From assembly GCA_965237675.1 (NCBI GenBank), contig OZ250150.1, forward strand, positions 4,704,001-4,768,000: DNA of 64,000 bases, in the 5' to 3' direction. The DNA comes from Candidatus Latescibacterota bacterium. Lineage in GTDB: Bacteria > Latescibacterota > UBA2968 > GCA-2709665. The translations under genes were made by a program, and so were the position numbers. Of this stretch, positions 60,844 through 64,000 are shown in pieces. The notes beneath the pieces were generated by a model. The model worked only from the letters and a program-made list of their open reading frames with translations. It was not told where the DNA came from and ran no database searches. Position 1 is the stretch's first letter, and each line of letters starts with the position of its first letter.

Positions 60844-60916
60844 TCCGATCCCGCCAACAGAAAAAAAAAGCAGGTCAATGCCTGCTTTTCACGTCACTGA
60901 CCATCCTGACAACGCC

Positions 60917-61636
60917 TCAGAATCCAAAGCCCAGACGGTCGTCCACACGTACCGTCACGGTGTCCGGTTCGCTTGTGATCGCACCCTCCGCGACGACAAT
61001 GTCGTCACGGACGCGCAATTCAAAAACAAAGTCGGACGGCGCAACGGCCCGGAAGACCGGCATGCTGTTCTCGGCGTCGAAATCAACCCCGGGTCCGTCC
61101 AGCTGAGTCCAGAAATACCGGAGAACGTCCCGGTCCGGGTCGGAACTGCCCGTACCGTCCAGTGTCACGCGGAGTCCGCTCGCGTAGGCGACGGTACGAT
61201 CCATCCCCGCATCAGCCACGGGCGGACCCTGGGTGACATGAATTTCAACCCTTCCCTCCGTTTTGGTGCCCGACCTTCCGTCATCCACCTCGACCTTGAG
61301 CGTATAGACGCCCACCTCTACGGGCGCGATCCACACCACGGTCACCGAATCCTGGAAGAGACCCCTCAACGAATCCAGGCGGCTCGATGCAAACTGGCCG
61401 CCCGCTTCCTTTTTGAGATCCGTCCAGAGATAGTCCAGTTCGTCGTTGTCCGTATCGTTCGTGAGCAGCGTTATACTGACCTTGCTTCCGCGGCCTACGG
61501 ATGGGTAGTCCTCCTGATCCGTGCGGAGCGCCACAATCTGCGGCTCTTCCTGCTTGTCCAGAAGACCACATCCCATTAGAGAAATCAGACAACAAAACGC
61601 CAGGGTCCAGCGCACAATATCCCTCGGAAAAGACAA
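60917..61636 (-). CDS. Lipoprotein with PKD/Ig-like domains
   Basis: LMGC lipobox; PVADAG.D...VTLDGTGSSDPD...Y.WTQ. Confidence 0.8.
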   Translation of the reverse strand: MSFPRDIVRWTLAFCCLISLMGCGLLDKQEEPQIVALRTDQEDYPSVGRGSKVSITLLTNDTDNDELDYLWTDLKKEAGGQFASSRLDSLRGLFQDSVTVVWIAPVEVGVYTLKVEVDDGRSGTKTEGRVEIHVTQGPPVADAGMDRTVAYASGLRVTLDGTGSSDPDRDVLRYFWTQLDGPGVDFDAENSMPVFRAVAPSDFVFELRVRDDIVVAEGAITSEPDTVTVRVDDRLGFGF

Positions 61637-61831
61637 GGCAGGCGAGACGGACGGTTTGACCGGGTTCGCCCAGGCCTCGACCTGCGTTGACAGGGTCGTT
61701 ATTTCTCACTCCCTGGAAGCGATGAGGTTCCAACAATCGGACAAAGTTGCCGGCGGAAGGTGGGCGCCGAATCCGCGTCACATGTAAGAATATCAATTAA
61801 ACGGGCGCTTGAACCGCGGTTCCGGCGACAC

Positions 61832-62464
61832 TCAGTCGTTTTCTCTTAGCAGCGCCCTCAACTCGGGGAGCAGCTTCTTCGGGAGATCCGGGTCCATCCC
61901 GTCGTAGTAGGCCCGAACCCTCCCCTTTCTGTCCACCAGCGCAAACCGCAGGCTGTGCATGATCTGGTCGCTACCGTCTTCCGTGCCACCCACGGCCAAC
62001 TGAAATCCCTCACGTATGACACCGTACACCCTGGCCTTCTCGCCTGTCAGAAACAGCCAGCGATCTTTGTCCGCCAGATAACGGTCCGCATACTCCGAAA
62101 GCACACCGGGCGTATCCCGCTCCGGATCCACCGAAAAAGACACGAGCCGGGCATCCGGAAACTTCCTCAGCGGCGCCTGCAGCGCCTGCATCCGCTCCGA
62201 AAGCAACGGACACGGACCCGCGCAGTGGGTGAAGATAAAATCCGCGACCCAGATCCGGCCGAGCAGGTCCGAAAGACGTACATCCTCGCCGCTGCGATCC
62301 ACGAGCACGAAATCCGGTACGTTGCCCAGAACGGGCAGGCGCCGCGACTCTGCCCGTATCGCCTTTACTTCGCGCAAGAACAGAAACGCCCCCACCGTCA
62401 GCATCAATAGTGTTGCGCCTGCCAGAACCAAAAAGAAAACACGAACCTGTTTGGGTACCCCCAT
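61832..62464 (-). CDS. SCO1/SenC copper chaperone
   Basis: FIFTHCAGPCP; SVDPERDTP; HS..F.LVD. Confidence 0.92.
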   Translation of the reverse strand: MGVPKQVRVFFLVLAGATLLMLTVGAFLFLREVKAIRAESRRLPVLGNVPDFVLVDRSGEDVRLSDLLGRIWVADFIFTHCAGPCPLLSERMQALQAPLRKFPDARLVSFSVDPERDTPGVLSEYADRYLADKDRWLFLTGEKARVYGVIREGFQLAVGGTEDGSDQIMHSLRFALVDRKGRVRAYYDGMDPDLPKKLLPELRALLREND

Positions 62465-62469
62465 CGTAT

Positions 62470-63279
62470 TTATCCCGCTCCTTCCGATCGTTTGACCACG
62501 CCCAGCGATATGCCCAACGTCAACAGAACGAACAGACACGTCACAAGAAGACACACCTCCAGAGGCGGAATCAGGCCGGTCGACTCAGGCGCCTCCATAT
62601 ACAAGGCATGCCGCACCCCCGCGACACCGTACGTCAATGGATTCAACCGCATCACCCAACCGAGCCAACCCGGTACTCCGGAGAGCGGAAACAACGCCCC
62701 CGAGAGCGCCCACATGGGCAACAGGAACAGATTCATTATCGCATGGAACCCCGCCGTAGACCCCATTCGCCACGCAATGGCAAATCCCAGACCCGTTAAA
62801 GACAAACCGACCAGAAACAGAAACGCCACCGTTGCAGCAAGAGAAACAGGGCTGACCGGAATGTCCAGCTGATAGACGAACAGCAGGAATACCATCCCCT
62901 CCAACACGGCCAGCGTCGCACCCCCCAGCACTTTGCCGAGCACGACTCCGGTTCGGGAGACCGGAGCGACCAGCACGGATTGCATAAACCCCTCCCTCCG
63001 GTCCTCGACCACCGAAATCGTCGAGAAAATAGCCGTAAAGAGCAACACCATCAGGAGCGTGCCCGGATAGATATATTCCAGGTAACTCATCGTACCCGCC
63101 AGCCCGGCAGGTGCGAAAGACGCACTCATTCCAATGCCCAGCATCAGCCAGAATACAACCGGCTGCAGGATGGCGCCGAACAACCGGTGACGGTCCCTGG
63201 CAAACCGCACGAGTTCCCGCTTCCACAGCGTTGCGGCTGGTAGAAAGAAACCTCCGGTGTGCCTTGCGTCAGCCGGCAT
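62470..63279 (-). CDS. ABC-2 type transporter permease
   Basis: DRREG...LVAP; LSGALFP; NPLTY.V. Confidence 0.9.
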   Translation of the reverse strand: MPADARHTGGFFLPAATLWKRELVRFARDRHRLFGAILQPVVFWLMLGIGMSASFAPAGLAGTMSYLEYIYPGTLLMVLLFTAIFSTISVVEDRREGFMQSVLVAPVSRTGVVLGKVLGGATLAVLEGMVFLLFVYQLDIPVSPVSLAATVAFLFLVGLSLTGLGFAIAWRMGSTAGFHAIMNLFLLPMWALSGALFPLSGVPGWLGWVMRLNPLTYGVAGVRHALYMEAPESTGLIPPLEVCLLVTCLFVLLTLGISLGVVKRSEGAG

Positions 63280-64000
63280 ACACATCCTCCCCCGCCTCGA
63301 ACCGGCGTCCGGTCTGCCGAATAAACACATCCTCCAGGGTGGGCCTTCCCAGCCTTATCGCAGAAATCCGTTCCCGAAAACGGGCATATAGGGAAGCCAT
63401 CAACGCCTGCCCGTCGTCACACTCAATCCGTATGGTGCCGTCCAGGAACACGGGTGAAACGCTGCCTTGCGCTTCAATGTCCGTCCTCAACGCCTCCGTA
63501 TGGTCCGCTTCGATCACCACCACGTCTTTGTTCATCGAACGCTTCAACGCGTCCGGCGCACCCTCCACAACAAGCTGCCCCTGGTCCAGAATGCCCACCC
63601 GGTCGCATCGCTCCGCTTCCTCGATAAAATGCGTTGTCAGCAAGACCGTGACACCGTGTTCCGCCCGCAGCTTCTGCAGATCGTCCCACAATACCCTTCG
63701 GGCGCGGGGATCCAATCCACTGGACGGTTCGTCGAATAGCAGCAATTCCGGCTCGTGCAACAGCGCCCTGGCCACATCCGCCCGCCTGCGAAGTCCGCCG
63801 GAAAGCACCTCCATCCGGTCGTCTCTCCGATCCGTGAGGCGGACCCGCCGCAGAACCGATTCGATTCGCTCCTGGAGGTCCCGACCACGAAGACCGTATA
63901 AATGGCCCTGGTGGCGGAGATTCTCGAGGATCGTCAGTTTGAGGTCCAGACTGGGATGTTGAAACACAACCCCGATGCGCGAACGTATTTCCGCCGCGTC
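63269..64000 (-). CDS. ABC transporter ATP-binding protein (5' end outside the window)
   Basis: LSGGLRRR; LLLFDEPSSGLDP; LLTTH. Confidence 0.9.
   Translation of the reverse strand, partial: DAAEIRSRIGVVFQHPSLDLKLTILENLRHQGHLYGLRGRDLQERIESVLRRVRLTDRRDDRMEVLSGGLRRRADVARALLHEPELLLFDEPSSGLDPRARRVLWDDLQKLRAEHGVTVLLTTHFIEEAERCDRVGILDQGQLVVEGAPDALKRSMNKDVVVIEADHTEALRTDIEAQGSVSPVFLDGTIRIECDDGQALMASLYARFRERISAIRLGRPTLEDVFIRQTGRRFEAGEDVYAG

Overview
About 56 kb of this window (roughly 470-56,530) is an integron-like gene-cassette array. Most genes are single, unrelated and on the minus strand (kinases, methyltransferases, NUDIX, HAD, HNH, several toxin-antitoxin modules), and about 30 attC-like imperfect palindromes (..AAC-hairpin-GTT..) separate them. 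The platform is not canonical. The associated tyrosine recombinase (53835-54836) has all catalytic residues but lacks the IntI-specific I2 insertion, and it points the same way as the cassettes. A conserved attI-like site lies 128-129 bp 3' of its stop codon, and this 'recombinase 3' end + site' module occurs three times. The two ends of each cassette are typically complementary over 9-19 bp, and the attC-like sites appear to fold into branched hairpins with GNA loops. Two duplicated cassettes place the crossover at AAC/GTT. The array also carries three IS1380 copies, an IS plus its cognate MITE, a second MITE, an IS91-like remnant and captured operon fragments. The right end (56.6-64 kb) is ordinary chromosome: PolB, flippase, SCO and an ABC transporter. 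All family calls come from motif recognition by eye; no database searches were run.
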